NCBI GenBank assembly: GCA_042217375.1
Contig: JBDGSV010000059.1
Span: 1 to 59,901, forward strand
Length of the DNA stretch: 59,901 bases
Origin: Haloarculaceae archaeon
Lineage (GTDB): Archaea; Halobacteriota; Halobacteria; Halobacteriales; Haloarculaceae
Direction: 5' to 3'
Below the pieces are notes generated by a model. The model was given only the letters and a program-made list of their open reading frames with translations. It made no database searches and was not told the DNA's origin. Made by a program: the position numbers and the translations under genes. How positions within the stretch are numbered: the stretch's first letter is position 1; every line of letters starts with the position of its first letter. Below, in pieces: positions 1-8,829 of the stretch.

Positions 1-66
1 CACCGTCCGCTCGATCGTCGCCTCCTCGTTGTACGCCGGGAGCACCACGCTCACCTCGACGCCCAT
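1..66 (-). CDS. Glycosyltransferase family 2 protein, first 22 codons only (gene runs off the left window edge)
   Basis: Minus-strand ATG at 64-66. My translation MGVEVSVVLPAYNEEATIERTV has the classic GT2 N-terminus (VVxPxYNEE). Too short for certainty. Confidence 0.5.
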   Translation of the reverse strand, partial: MGVEVSVVLPAYNEEATIERTV

Positions 67-108
67 TCTACCCGGACGGACACCGTTCGCAGGTATGAAC
101 CTTCTGCC

Positions 109-1842
109 TCAGTCTGCGTCGCCGGGCTCGCGGACGGCGACGAACGAGTCGAGGTCGACGTCGTCGGCCGTCGCGTCCGCCAGCGAGTCGTGCGGGCGGT
201 TCACGACGATGTCGCCCGCGCGCTGGCGGCCGATCCCGGGGATCGCCGTCAGTTCGTCGAGCGAGGCGGCGTTCAGGTCCAGCGGGTGGGGGACGCCGGT
301 CACCGAGCGGTAGCCGTGGTCGGTGACGGCGACGTCGATCGTCTCGCCGAGCGGGCGCTCGCCCGGCACCGCCACCAGCAGCGGGTAGGTCCCCAGTTGC
401 CGCCCGAAGGTCTTCCCGTCCTGGTGGTACTCCAGGTGGACGTCGGGGAGCACCGTCCCGGGGGGCGCGACCCGCCGGAGCATGGGCTGGTCGATCTCCT
501 CGCGGATCCGGCGCTTGTAGCGCTTGAACAGGCGCTTGTGCTCGACGGCGATGCTCGCGCCCGTCTCCGACATCTCCGTGCCCTCGAACGCCATCACCTG
601 GCGGACGTTCACCCGCCGGAGCAGGAGCCCGGCGTCGTAGACGCGCTCCAGGAACTGCCGGTTCAGGTCGTAGGTCTCCTCGCGCTCGCCCTTGAGGCCG
701 TGGAGGAGGTTGATCCCGGGCAGGAGTTTGGGGAGGCGGCGCGCCGCCTCGTCGCCGTAGGTCGGCGCGGCGCCGGGAGCCTCGCCCGGGCGCCAGCCGG
801 CGGCCTCGTTGACGATGCGGACGGCCTCGAAGCACTGGTCTGCGGTCACCTGGAGGTCGTTTTGCTCTTGGACGACGGGATCGGCCGACTCGAGCCCGAA
901 CGCCGCCGTGTCGCCGGGCGTGTTGTGCTCGGCGATGATCTCGAGTCCCTCGCGGGCCAGGTCGGGCCACGTCACGACCGTGACGGGGTTGACGTTGTCG
1001 AGGTGGAGCGTCTCCAGGTCGGGGACGGCCTCGCGGATGCCGCCGTAGAGGTCGCGGAGCGCGTCCGGGTTGGGACGCTCGCCGTCCCCGCCGAACGCGA
1101 GGATGTCGGCCTGGCGGCCCAGGCGGAAGTTGCGGACGCCGTGGTCCCCGAGCGCAGCCACCTCGTCGACGACCGACCCGGCCGGCCGGAAGGTGGGGTT
1201 GCCGTACAGCGGCTCCGTGCAGAACGAGCAGCGGTAGGCACAGCCCCGCGAGGTCTCCAGCTCGCAGATGAGGTAGTCCGGGTGGTTCGGGTGTTGCTCG
1301 ACGACGAACGCCCCCTTCCGCGCCCACCGGCCGACCTCGTCGGTGTCGCGGACGCGGTCGCCGAACCCCTCCATCCCACCGTGGACGAGGTCGTAGACGG
1401 CGGCCTCGACGTCGCCCTTGGCCACGAAGTCGTAGTCGAGGTCGTCCCGCGACATGTCCTGGGCGCCGGCGTTCTCCTCGCCGACGCCGAACCGGACGGG
1501 GCCGCCCATCAGCGTCGTCCCCTCGGCGGCCCAGGCCAGGCGGCGGACCTCCTCGGGTTCGGCTGGCGTCCCGCCGACGTACTTCCCGGGCACGGTCATG
1601 CCGCCGACGTAGACGAGGAGGTCGGCGGTCTCGACGTCGAGCCAGCGGCGCCGCTCGTCGCGCAGCGCGTCGATGGTGTGGTAGGTGATCCGCTCGCGCG
1701 GGACGCCCGCGTCGACGAGCGCGCCCGCGACGTACCGCGGGTAGGTCGAGACGTAGGGCGGGACGCCGAAGTGCGCCGGTTCGTCGACGTAGCCGTCCAC
1801 GATGGTCACGTCGAGTGCGTCCGGGTCCACGGCGTCAATCAT
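109..1842 (-). CDS. Radical SAM protein with C-terminal helix-hairpin-helix-like motif
   Basis: 577-aa acidic ORF with radical SAM cluster motif CAYRCSFC (CxxxCxxC) and C-terminal LTAIPGIGRQRAGDIV HhH-like motif. Overlapping ORFs are Arg/Pro-rich artefacts. Confidence 0.9.
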   Translation of the reverse strand: MIDAVDPDALDVTIVDGYVDEPAHFGVPPYVSTYPRYVAGALVDAGVPRERITYHTIDALRDERRRWLDVETADLLVYVGGMTVPGKYVGGTPAEPEEVRRLAWAAEGTTLMGGPVRFGVGEENAGAQDMSRDDLDYDFVAKGDVEAAVYDLVHGGMEGFGDRVRDTDEVGRWARKGAFVVEQHPNHPDYLICELETSRGCAYRCSFCTEPLYGNPTFRPAGSVVDEVAALGDHGVRNFRLGRQADILAFGGDGERPNPDALRDLYGGIREAVPDLETLHLDNVNPVTVVTWPDLAREGLEIIAEHNTPGDTAAFGLESADPVVQEQNDLQVTADQCFEAVRIVNEAAGWRPGEAPGAAPTYGDEAARRLPKLLPGINLLHGLKGEREETYDLNRQFLERVYDAGLLLRRVNVRQVMAFEGTEMSETGASIAVEHKRLFKRYKRRIREEIDQPMLRRVAPPGTVLPDVHLEYHQDGKTFGRQLGTYPLLVAVPGERPLGETIDVAVTDHGYRSVTGVPHPLDLNAASLDELTAIPGIGRQRAGDIVVNRPHDSLADATADDVDLDSFVAVREPGDAD

Positions 1843-2026
1843 CGGAGGCAGGTTGACGCTCGACGCCTAAAACCGTCTCGGCGCGCCCGTGGCGCGAGCG
1901 CCACAGACCGGGCGAGCTGGGAGCCGACCCGCGAGCCCCGCGGCGCGACCTGGAGGGGCGCCACGGGCCGGGCGAGCGGACGCCCGGGAGCGCAAGCCCT
2001 TTGCTCGGATTGGCCGAACGGACGGT

Positions 2027-2923
2027 ATGGCCGACGTCGACCTCAGCGCAGAGCAGTACGAGCAGTGCCGGGAAGCGGGCGAGATACTGGCGCAGGTGCG
2101 CGACGAGGCAGCCGAGCGCGTCGAAGTGGGCGGCAGCCACCTCGACCTCGCGGAGTGGGCCGAGTCGCGCATCCGAGAACTGGGCGGCGAACCGGCGTTC
2201 CCGGTCAACATCAGCGTGAACGAGGAGGCCGCGCACGCCACTCCCTCGATCGACGAGGAGGACACGTTCGGCGAGGACATGGTCAACCTCGACGTCGGGG
2301 TCCACGTGGACGGCTGGCTGGCCGACACGGCGATCACGGTCGACCTCTCGGGACACGCCGAACTCCGGGAGGCCAGCGAGGAGGCGCTGGAGGCGGCCCT
2401 CGACGTGGTCGAACCCGGCGTCGAGACCGGCGAGATCGGGGCAGAGGTCGAGAGCGTCATCGAGGGGTACGGCTTCAACCCCGTCGTGAACCTCACGGGC
2501 CACGGCCTGGGGCACTGGGAGCAACACGTCCCCCCGAACATCCCGAACCGTGCGGTCTCGCAGGGAACCACCCTCGAAACCGGGCAGGTGCTCGCCATCG
2601 AGCCGTTCGCCACCGACGGCTCCGGGAAGGTCCAGGAGGGGTCGAGCGAGGAGATCTACGCGCTCGAACACGACCGCTCGGTGCGCAACCGGCAGGCCCG
2701 GGCGGCGCTCGACCAGATCAGAGAGGAGTTCAAGACGCTCCCGTTCGCCGTCCGGTGGCTCGACACCGACCGCGCCGAGATGGCCGTCCGGCGCCTCAAG
2801 CGCCAGAACGTCCTCCACGGCTACCCCGTCCTGAAAGAGGACGACGGCTGTCTGGTCTCGCAGAAGGAACACACCATCATCGTGACCGAGGACGGCTGCG
2901 AGGTCACGACGCGGAGCCGGTAG
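2027..2923 (+). CDS. map: Methionine aminopeptidase, type 2 (archaeal)
   Basis: ORF 1889..2923 trimmed to the internal ATG at 2027 (MADVDLSAEQYE...); the upstream part is Arg/Pro/Gly-rich. Body (NISVNEEAAHATP, DVGVHVDGWLADTA, EHTIIVTEDG) matches the archaeal MetAP pita-bread fold. Confidence 0.9.
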   Translation: MADVDLSAEQYEQCREAGEILAQVRDEAAERVEVGGSHLDLAEWAESRIRELGGEPAFPVNISVNEEAAHATPSIDEEDTFGEDMVNLDVGVHVDGWLADTAITVDLSGHAELREASEEALEAALDVVEPGVETGEIGAEVESVIEGYGFNPVVNLTGHGLGHWEQHVPPNIPNRAVSQGTTLETGQVLAIEPFATDGSGKVQEGSSEEIYALEHDRSVRNRQARAALDQIREEFKTLPFAVRWLDTDRAEMAVRRLKRQNVLHGYPVLKEDDGCLVSQKEHTIIVTEDGCEVTTRSR

Positions 2924-2979
2924 AGCCGGCTCACTACCGGCAGTTCGCACGCCCGGTCGCCGCGGGCCGATCGACAGAA

Positions 2980-3180
2980 TCAGGCGTTGTTCATCCGGAT
3001 CGTCGACTCGTCGCCGCAGACGAGGCACGTGCTCACGCGGTAGGGCTCGCGGGAGAACGCCGCGTTCTCCGACTCGGCGTTCTCCGTCAGGATCTGGATG
3101 GCCACCGTGTGTGGCGTCTCGCGCCCGCACTGGACACACTCCTCTTCGACGTCTGCCGATACCGGATCTTTCGCCGCCAT
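2980..3180 (-). CDS. Small zinc-ribbon protein (two CxxC pairs)
   Basis: 66-aa acidic ORF with CVQC...CLVC; typical small haloarchaeal CPxCG-related zinc-finger protein. Confidence 0.6.
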   Translation of the reverse strand: MAAKDPVSADVEEECVQCGRETPHTVAIQILTENAESENAAFSREPYRVSTCLVCGDESTIRMNNA

Positions 3181-3265
3181 CTCGTCTCATCGTTCCGCCG
3201 GTCGGAGCATAAAGACCGTATTCTGTTGGGCCGGGTTGTGGACCGTTCATCGCAGGACGGCGGCG

Positions 3266-3282
3266 GTATTCGCTCCGAATAC
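3266..3282. promoter_or_regulatory. Perfect palindrome GTATTCG-CTC-CGAATAC in the divergent intergenic region
   Basis: Read directly: 7-nt arms and a 3-nt spacer, between the divergent zinc-ribbon (-) and HIT (+) genes. Function unknown. Confidence 0.3.
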
Positions 3283-3428
3283 GCGACGAGACGACGGGAG
3301 AACGTTCACGGGCATCGCTCGACGCGTTATCGCGGTGTAACGGGCGTGAACGGCCGAAACGTTTTAGTAGTTGATCGAGGGGCGCTCGACTCCAGACAGT
3401 ATATCCGGCGGGCGGCCGGAGACGGGGC

Positions 3429-3977
3429 ATGGATCAGGTGTTCGCGCCCTGGCGCATCGAGTGGGTCGAGCGCGACGACAAGAACGAGGGCGTCGAGGGG
3501 TGCGTGTTCTGTACGCTCGCCGAGCAGTCCGACGACCGGGCAAATCGGATCGTCGCGCGCAGCGAGCGGGCGTTCGTCCTGCTCAACAACTACCCCTACA
3601 ACCCCGGTCACGTCATGGTGATCCCGCACACCCACACCGGCGACTACGGGGCGCTCGACGACGCGACGCTGCTCGACCACGCGCGGCTGAAACAGCGGAC
3701 GCTGACCGCCCTCGACGAGGCGCTCTCGCCGCAGGGGTACAACGCGGGGCTGAACCTCGGGGGGACGGCGGCCGGCGGGTCGATCGACGAGCACCTGCAC
3801 ACCCACGTCGTCCCGCGGTGGAGCGGGGACACGAACTTCATGCCAGTCATCGCCGAGACGAAGGTCATCGTGGAGGCAATCGAGGACACCTACGACCACC
3901 TCCACGAGGCGTTCCAGGCCCAGCCGGGCGCGACGGTCTGCGACGCGGGCGCAGTGAAACTGGCCTTCGAGCCCTAA
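3429..3977 (+). CDS. HIT (histidine triad) family protein
   Basis: 182 aa with histidine triad HLHTHVVPRW and the NNYPYNPGHVMVIP motif. Confidence 0.9.
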   Translation: MDQVFAPWRIEWVERDDKNEGVEGCVFCTLAEQSDDRANRIVARSERAFVLLNNYPYNPGHVMVIPHTHTGDYGALDDATLLDHARLKQRTLTALDEALSPQGYNAGLNLGGTAAGGSIDEHLHTHVVPRWSGDTNFMPVIAETKVIVEAIEDTYDHLHEAFQAQPGATVCDAGAVKLAFEP

Positions 3978-4010
3978 GCGACTTTACCCGGCGTCGATCT
4001 AGAGCGCGTG

Positions 4011-4946
4011 ATGGACCGCCAGGCCGCCCTGCGCCGGGTCGGCGCGATCGTGCTCGCGGCCAACGTCGTCCTGGCGGCGGCCAAGGGCGGCGTGTGGCTC
4101 TGGAGCGGGAGCCTCGCGGTCGGCTCCGAGGCGGTCAACAGTCTCGCGGACGCGCTCTACTCCACGGTCGTGCTCGGCGGGCTCTATCTCACCACCCAGC
4201 CGCCCGACTTCGAGCACCCGCACGGCCACGAGCGGATCGAGCCGTTCGTCTCGCTGTTCGTCGCGCTCGGCGTGTTCGCGGCCGGCGGCGCCGTCCTCTG
4301 GCAGGCCGCGACCGCCGCTCTCGGGGGCGGGGAGACGATCGTGCGCAGTCCGGCGGCCGTCGCGGTGCTCGCCGGCGCGGGCGTCCTCAAGTACGGCCTG
4401 TATCGCTACTGCCTGGCGGCCGCGACCGACCACGCCTCGCCCGCGATCCGGGCCATCGCGCTCGACAACCGGACGGACATCCTGACCGTGGCGGCCGCAC
4501 TCGTCGGGGTCGTGGGGGCGTCGGCCGGCTACCCGCTCCTCGACCCGCTCGCCGCCGGTGCGGTCGCGTTCGGCATCCTCTACACCGGCGTCGAGATCGT
4601 CCGCGACAACGTGAACTACCTCGTCGGGCGCGCGCCGCCCGAGGGCCTCCGGGCCGACATCGTCCAGCGCGCGCTGGCCCACCCCGAGGTCAGGGGCGCA
4701 CACGACGTCGTCGCCCACTACGTCGGCCCGGAGATCGACGTCTCGCTCCACATCGAGGTCGAGGGCGACCGGACGCTCATCGAGGCCCACGACATCGAGA
4801 CGGCCGTCGTCGAGTCCATACGGGAGCTCCCGGCGGTCGACGACGTGTTCGTCCACGTCGATCCCCGAGAGCTCGGCGAGTGGAAGGAGGACGCCGAGGT
4901 CGACCGGCTGGCCGGCCGCCCCGAGCGCGAGGAGCGCTCGCCCTGA
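4011..4946 (+). CDS. Cation diffusion facilitator (CDF) family metal transporter
   Basis: Multi-TM N-terminal half (SLAVGSEAVNSLADALYS..., HPHGHERIEP) plus cytoplasmic C-terminal domain (AHDVVAHYVGPEIDVSLHIEV). ATG at 4011 immediately follows the GTG at 4008. Confidence 0.9.
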   Translation: MDRQAALRRVGAIVLAANVVLAAAKGGVWLWSGSLAVGSEAVNSLADALYSTVVLGGLYLTTQPPDFEHPHGHERIEPFVSLFVALGVFAAGGAVLWQAATAALGGGETIVRSPAAVAVLAGAGVLKYGLYRYCLAAATDHASPAIRAIALDNRTDILTVAAALVGVVGASAGYPLLDPLAAGAVAFGILYTGVEIVRDNVNYLVGRAPPEGLRADIVQRALAHPEVRGAHDVVAHYVGPEIDVSLHIEVEGDRTLIEAHDIETAVVESIRELPAVDDVFVHVDPRELGEWKEDAEVDRLAGRPEREERSP

Positions 4947-5900
4947 TCAGTCGGGGAAGATCGACTCCGGGACGTACGCCGAGACCACCCAGTTGGGTGC
5001 GTTCACCACCTCGCTGAGCTTCAGGTCGACCGCCGCCGAGCAGAGGACGTAGGCCTCCGCACGCGAGAGGCCGCGCTCGGCGTGGAGGTGGTCGATCATC
5101 CCCCGCACCGCGTCGGCGGTCGCGTCCATGAGGTCGGGCGCGACGCCCGTGGTCCCGTAGGCCGGCCCGTCGCTGGCGGCGGGGGCGTAGGGACCGGTCG
5201 TCTCGAACTCCGGGCGGTCGGGGGCGCCGTCCCGGTCGAGCCGGAATCGGGCGGTGACGGTCGTGGGAGTCTCGACGCCCGTGACGCAGACCTCGCCGTC
5301 GCCCTGTGCGGCGTGGCCGTCGCCGACCGAGAACAGCGCGCCCTCGACCTCGACGGGGAGGCGCAGCGTCGCGCCGGCCGTGAGGTGGCGCACGTCGAGG
5401 TTCCCCCCGACCCGCCGTGGCGGGGTGGTGCTGTGCGGCCCGGGCTCGGCCGGCGGGGCGCCGAGGTTGCCCGGGAACGGCGCCAGCGGGACTTCGATGC
5501 CGTTCACGAACCGGCCGACGCCGTCCCCGAGGTCCCAGACGTGCAGGCCAGCCGCCGGGAACTCGTCGGGGAGGAGGCCCTTCCCCTCGGCGCCCGGGTA
5601 GAAGTAGGTGTAGCCGACGCCGTGGTGGTCGACCGCGAGGACGTCGACGAGGAGCGCGTCGCCGGGCGTGGCGCCCGCGACGGCGACCGGTCCGGTCAGC
5701 GGGTGGCCCTGGAAGTCGAGCGTCAGGACGTCCTCGACGGTCGAGTCCGGCGAGAGGTGGCCGTCGGTCGCGTCGCGGCACTCGAACGCGACGACGTCAC
5801 CCGGGTCGACCGTCAGCACCGGATCCCGGTCGGGGTCCCAGTCCCGGTGGACGTGCGGGTCGCTGGCGTCGAGTCGGTGGTCGGGCGCTGGCGGGGTCAT
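4947..5900 (-). CDS. Acetamidase/formamidase family protein
   Basis: 317 aa with FmdA/AmdA-like segments (GHPLTGPVAVAGATPGDAL, GGNLDVRHLTAGATLRLPV, FSVGDGHAAQGDGEVC). Confidence 0.85.
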   Translation of the reverse strand: MTPPAPDHRLDASDPHVHRDWDPDRDPVLTVDPGDVVAFECRDATDGHLSPDSTVEDVLTLDFQGHPLTGPVAVAGATPGDALLVDVLAVDHHGVGYTYFYPGAEGKGLLPDEFPAAGLHVWDLGDGVGRFVNGIEVPLAPFPGNLGAPPAEPGPHSTTPPRRVGGNLDVRHLTAGATLRLPVEVEGALFSVGDGHAAQGDGEVCVTGVETPTTVTARFRLDRDGAPDRPEFETTGPYAPAASDGPAYGTTGVAPDLMDATADAVRGMIDHLHAERGLSRAEAYVLCSAAVDLKLSEVVNAPNWVVSAYVPESIFPD

Positions 5901-5937
5901 ACCCGACGCTCGGCGCGGAGCCTCAAAGTATCGGCGG

Positions 5938-7191
5938 CTACAGCGGGTCGCCGAAGGCGTACATGGTGTTGTGGCTCGTCACCTCGACTGGGACGACGTC
6001 GCCCACCGCCACGCCACGCGCCGCGGCGTCGCGGACGACGACCTGCCGGTAGGCCTCGTCGTAGCCGACCACCGAGTCGCCGGTCCCCTCCTCGACGAGG
6101 AGCACGGACTGCTCGGTGCCGACCATCGACTCGTAGGCGGCGCCGACCACCTCGCGTTTGAGTTCGCTCATCGCCTTCGAGCGGTCCTTCTTGGTCTGGC
6201 CGCCCAGTCCCTTCATCGCCGCGGCGTCGGTCCCCGGGCGCTTCGAGAAGCGCGTGACGTTGATCTTCTCGGGGCGGGTCTCCCGGAGGAGCGCCATGCT
6301 CTGCTGGAAGTCGGCGTCGGTCTCGGTCGGGAAGCCGACGATGAAATCGGTCGAGAGCGTCCAGTGGTCGAGCGCGTCGTCGAACGTCTCGACGATCTCG
6401 CGGAACTCCCGGACCTGGTGCTGGCGGCGCATGTCCCCGAGCACGTCGTCGCTCCCGGACTGGACGGGGACGTGCAGGAAGTTGTAGAGTTCGTCGTGGG
6501 CGGCGAACACCGCGGCGAGTTCCTCGCGGATGCCGTGGACGCCCTTGGGGTTGGCCATCCCGACGCGGACGCGGAAGTTGCCGTCGACCTCGGTGCAGAT
6601 GCGGTCGAGCAGCGTGTGGAGCTTGCGCTCGCCGTCGTCCCAGCCGTAGACGCCGGTGTCCTGGCCGGTCACGCGGAGTTCCTTCGCGCCGGCGTGGACC
6701 AGCGCGCGCGCCTTCTCGACGTTCGCGTCGACCGGCGGGGAGTCGATCTTCCCCGTGGCGCGCTTGGTGATGCAGTACGAGCAGTCGCTCATGCAGCCGC
6801 GAGCGATGGGCAGGATGCCGACCACGCCGTCGACGACGGGGTCTGTCCCGGGCGTCGCGGTCGGGCACTCGCCGTTGCGGACGTACTCGGGCACCTCGTC
6901 CCAGTGGAGGACCTCGGCGTCGACGCCCGCCTCCCGGAACTGCTCGCCCTGGGCGAGCGCCATGCACCCGGTGACGACCAGGTCGGCCGTCTCGGCCGCC
7001 AGTTCCTCCGCGCGCCGCAGCATGTTGCGCTCTGTCTTCTCGACGACCGTGCAGGTGTTGAGGATGGCGACGTCGGCCGCCTCGACCGAGTCGACCGGGT
7101 GGTGGCCGCCGTCGCGGAGCGCCCGCTCGATCTCGCGGCTCTCGCCGCGGTTGGACGTACAGCCGTACGTCTCGATGTGGTAGCGGGCCAT
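5938..7191 (-). CDS. Radical SAM methylthiotransferase (MiaB/CDKAL1-like tRNA methylthiotransferase)
   Basis: 417 aa with N-terminal MTTase cysteines (YGCTSN, NTCTV, TGCMA), radical SAM motif CMSDCSYC and a C-terminal TRAM-like region. Confidence 0.9.
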   Translation of the reverse strand: MARYHIETYGCTSNRGESREIERALRDGGHHPVDSVEAADVAILNTCTVVEKTERNMLRRAEELAAETADLVVTGCMALAQGEQFREAGVDAEVLHWDEVPEYVRNGECPTATPGTDPVVDGVVGILPIARGCMSDCSYCITKRATGKIDSPPVDANVEKARALVHAGAKELRVTGQDTGVYGWDDGERKLHTLLDRICTEVDGNFRVRVGMANPKGVHGIREELAAVFAAHDELYNFLHVPVQSGSDDVLGDMRRQHQVREFREIVETFDDALDHWTLSTDFIVGFPTETDADFQQSMALLRETRPEKINVTRFSKRPGTDAAAMKGLGGQTKKDRSKAMSELKREVVGAAYESMVGTEQSVLLVEEGTGDSVVGYDEAYRQVVVRDAAARGVAVGDVVPVEVTSHNTMYAFGDPL

Positions 7192-7238
7192 CTACCCGGC
7201 TCTTGGCGCGAGCGCGGAAAAACGCGACGGATCGGCCC

Positions 7239-8111
7239 CTAGAGCTCGCCGGCCTCGTCCACCGCGTCGTCGCCGGCCAGGGCCTGGAGCCGGCGCCGGA
7301 GTTCGAGGCGCTCGCTCGCCTCGGCCGCGAACGCCTGGAGCGCCGCGCAGGCGTCGTCGGTGAACTGCCGGGGGCGGTGGTCGCAGACGCAGACGGTCCC
7401 GATCGCGTGGCCGTCCCCGACGAGCGGGACGCCGAGATACGAGCGGAGGTCGCGGTCCGCGAGGGCGTCGATCGACCGGAAGCGGGGGTCTTCGGTGACG
7501 TCCGCGACGGTCAGCGGCCCGTCGAGCACGGTGTAGGTGCAGAGCGCGTCCTGCCGGTCGAGCGGCGCCCAGTCGGCGCCGTGACAGGCGAGAAAGCGCA
7601 GTTCGTGCGCCGTGAGCAGGCCGACGAAGGAGACGGGCGCGCCGACGTGGTCGGCCACCAGCCCGGCGAGGCGGTCGAACGTGCCGTCCTCGACGAGCGC
7701 GTCGGTCGGGACGCGCTCGACGGCGTCGAGCCGATCGTCCTCGTCGGGCGGGAGCGGGTAGGCGGTGTGCGACCGGGTCTCGACGGCCGTCGTCACGGCG
7801 TCGCGGAGCACCCCGGGATCGGCGTCGCGGTCGACGAAGTCGACGATGGGCTGGTCGGGACCGGGCGGCAGCGCCGTCGAGAGGTCCGTCCAGAGCACGC
7901 AGGGGACGTCGGGCGCGACCTCGCGGACCGCCGCGAAGAGGTCGAACCCGGTTCCGTCGGAGAGCGCGTAGCAGCTCACCACGCAGTCGACGCTGGCGTC
8001 GAACTGCTCGACCGCGGTCGCGACGTCCGGCGTGGCGACCACTGACAGGTCGTCGGGCAGGGCGTCGGCGTCTGCGGGATCCCCCGCGTACAGTACCGTG
8101 ACGGCGTTCAT
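7239..8111 (-). CDS. Receiver-like domain / GAF domain protein (atypical response regulator)
   Basis: ORF 7239..8174 trimmed to the ATG at 8111 (MNAVTVLYAG...). N-terminal CheY-like fold with the phospho-acceptor position reading VVSCYAL. C-terminal GAF-like domain (DPRFRS..., SYLGVPL). Confidence 0.8.
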   Translation of the reverse strand: MNAVTVLYAGDPADADALPDDLSVVATPDVATAVEQFDASVDCVVSCYALSDGTGFDLFAAVREVAPDVPCVLWTDLSTALPPGPDQPIVDFVDRDADPGVLRDAVTTAVETRSHTAYPLPPDEDDRLDAVERVPTDALVEDGTFDRLAGLVADHVGAPVSFVGLLTAHELRFLACHGADWAPLDRQDALCTYTVLDGPLTVADVTEDPRFRSIDALADRDLRSYLGVPLVGDGHAIGTVCVCDHRPRQFTDDACAALQAFAAEASERLELRRRLQALAGDDAVDEAGEL

Positions 8112-8170
8112 CGTCTGGCTCGGTGGCCTGCCTACCACCGCGGGGTACATGCACCTTGTGGCGAACGCGG

Positions 8171-8800
8171 TCACTCGGGCGCGCCACGGAGGATGGCGAC
8201 GCCGCTCGACGCGCCGATGCGCTCGGCGCCCGCGTCGAGCAGCGCCGCCGTCTCCTCGTACGTCCCGATGCCGCCGCTGGCCTTCACCGGCAGGTACTCG
8301 GCCATCACCTCGACGTCGGGGACGGTGGCGCCGCCGGCGAACCCGGTGGCCGTCTTGCCCATGGCGGCCCCGGCGTCCACGGCCTGGGCACAGACCCGCC
8401 GCAGGTCGGGCTCATCGAGCAGCGGGGCCTCGACGATGGCCTTCACGGGGAGCGGCGTCGCCGCCACGACGCGCTCCAGTTCCCGTCCGAGCGCCGCGTC
8501 GTCGCCCGCGAGCACCCGGCCGACGTTCGTCACGACGTCGAGTTCGTCGGCGCCGTCCTCCCAGGCCCGGACGGCCTCGCGGCACTTCACGTCGGGCGCG
8601 TGCTGGCCGTGGGGGAAGCCGACGACCGTGGCCAGCGTCCCGTCGAAGGCCGCGCGCGCCTCGGCGACGTAGCACGGCGGGACGCAGACGTTCATGCCGT
8701 GCCGGTCGGCCTCCTCACAGACGCGTGCGACGTCTGCCGGCGTCGTCTCGGGGCCGAGGACCGTGTGGTCGATGCGGGGGGCGAGCGACTCGCGATCCAT
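8171..8800 (-). CDS. deoC: Deoxyribose-phosphate aldolase
   Basis: C-terminal 209 aa of ORF 8171..10012 starting [20 protein letters not shown], with DeoC-like motifs (VVGFPHG, KASGGI). The upstream part of the ORF is Arg-rich junk antisense to thrC. Confidence 0.9.
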   Translation of the reverse strand: MDRESLAPRIDHTVLGPETTPADVARVCEEADRHGMNVCVPPCYVAEARAAFDGTLATVVGFPHGQHAPDVKCREAVRAWEDGADELDVVTNVGRVLAGDDAALGRELERVVAATPLPVKAIVEAPLLDEPDLRRVCAQAVDAGAAMGKTATGFAGGATVPDVEVMAEYLPVKASGGIGTYEETAALLDAGAERIGASSGVAILRGAPE

Positions 8801-8829
8801 ACGGCCCCAGACGGCACCCGGGGTGAAAA

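Noticed and set aside
190-3621. 1,143-aa ORF on the plus strand spanning the radical SAM, map and zinc-ribbon loci.
   Set aside because: Its composition is dominated by Arg/Gly/Pro/Ala/Val runs with no recognisable motif. It lies antisense or out of frame to three ORFs with clear family signatures. This is the typical GC-driven shadow ORF.
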